This document shows, piece by piece, positions 36,133 to 36,316 of a stretch of 36,316 bases of DNA (positions are counted from its first letter, which is position 1; each line of letters starts with the position of its first letter). Under the pieces are notes generated by a model that was not told the origin of the DNA, made no database searches, and saw only the letters and a list, made by a program, of their open reading frames with translations. The stretch is from Chloroflexi bacterium UBA6019 (GTDB lineage Bacteria; Chloroflexota; Dormibacteria; Dormibacterales; Dormibacteraceae): the NCBI GenBank assembly GCA_002427995.1, contig DIZV01000096.1, forward strand, positions 1-36,316, in the 5' to 3' direction. The position numbers and the translations under genes were made by a program.

Positions 36133-36316
36133 GTGAGCGAGGAAAGACGGATCGTCACCGTCCTCTTCGCCGACGTCACCGGGTCGACGGCGATGGGGGA
36201 AGAGATGGACCCGGAAGAGGTCCGCTCTCTGCTCGGGCGGTACTACGAGATCGCCAAGACCGTCGTCGCCGGGCACGGCGGGACGCTGGAAAAATTCATC
36301 GGCGACGCGGTGATGG
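36133..36316 (+). CDS. Class III adenylate/guanylate cyclase domain protein (5' partial, runs off the window)
   Basis: Manual translation from GTG 36133 gives MSEERRIVTVLFADVTGSTAMGEEMDPEEV...GGTLEKFIGDAVM. Not present in the ORF track. Confidence 0.88.
   Translation, partial: MSEERRIVTVLFADVTGSTAMGEEMDPEEVRSLLGRYYEIAKTVVAGHGGTLEKFIGDAVM

Noticed and set aside
1..36316. CRISPR arrays, tRNA/rRNA, IS elements, prophage or canonical defence systems
   Set aside because: No direct-repeat arrays, cloverleaf signatures, transposase/integrase motifs or obvious compositional shifts were seen.

Overview
A gene-dense, high-GC bacterial core-genome window with about 37 CDS and no recognisable rRNA, tRNA, CRISPR array, prophage or transposase. 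The gene content and leaderless-type gene starts suggest a Terrabacteria soil lineage such as Ca. Dormibacterota, Chloroflexota or Actinomycetota (inference only). Most genes are housekeeping or metabolic: pcm, UPF0182, acyl-CoA synthetase, tandem-domain thyX, isoaspartyl peptidase, a ThDP enzyme, glutamate dehydrogenase, an osmoprotectant ABC transporter, gabD, a DrrAB-like ABC exporter, an AAA+ chelatase-like protein, GDPD and the 5' end of a class III cyclase. Five things stand out. (1) A fusion of a PD-(D/E)XK / T7-endonuclease-I-like domain to an HPRT domain, with key catalytic residues substituted in both halves, which suggests a purine-nucleotide-sensing regulator. (2) A probable eukaryote-style queuine salvage route: a Qng1/DUF2419 glycosylase, a Chlamydia-type TGT and an MFS transporter coupled to tgt. 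(3) A DinB-EVE-Qng1-AlkA cluster of modified-base proteins. (4) A leaderless thyX promoter with tandem NrdR-like boxes 32 bp apart. (5) Recurrent leaderless and bidirectional -10 promoters, and probable non-canonical start codons. All calls come from motif recognition by eye; no database searches were run.
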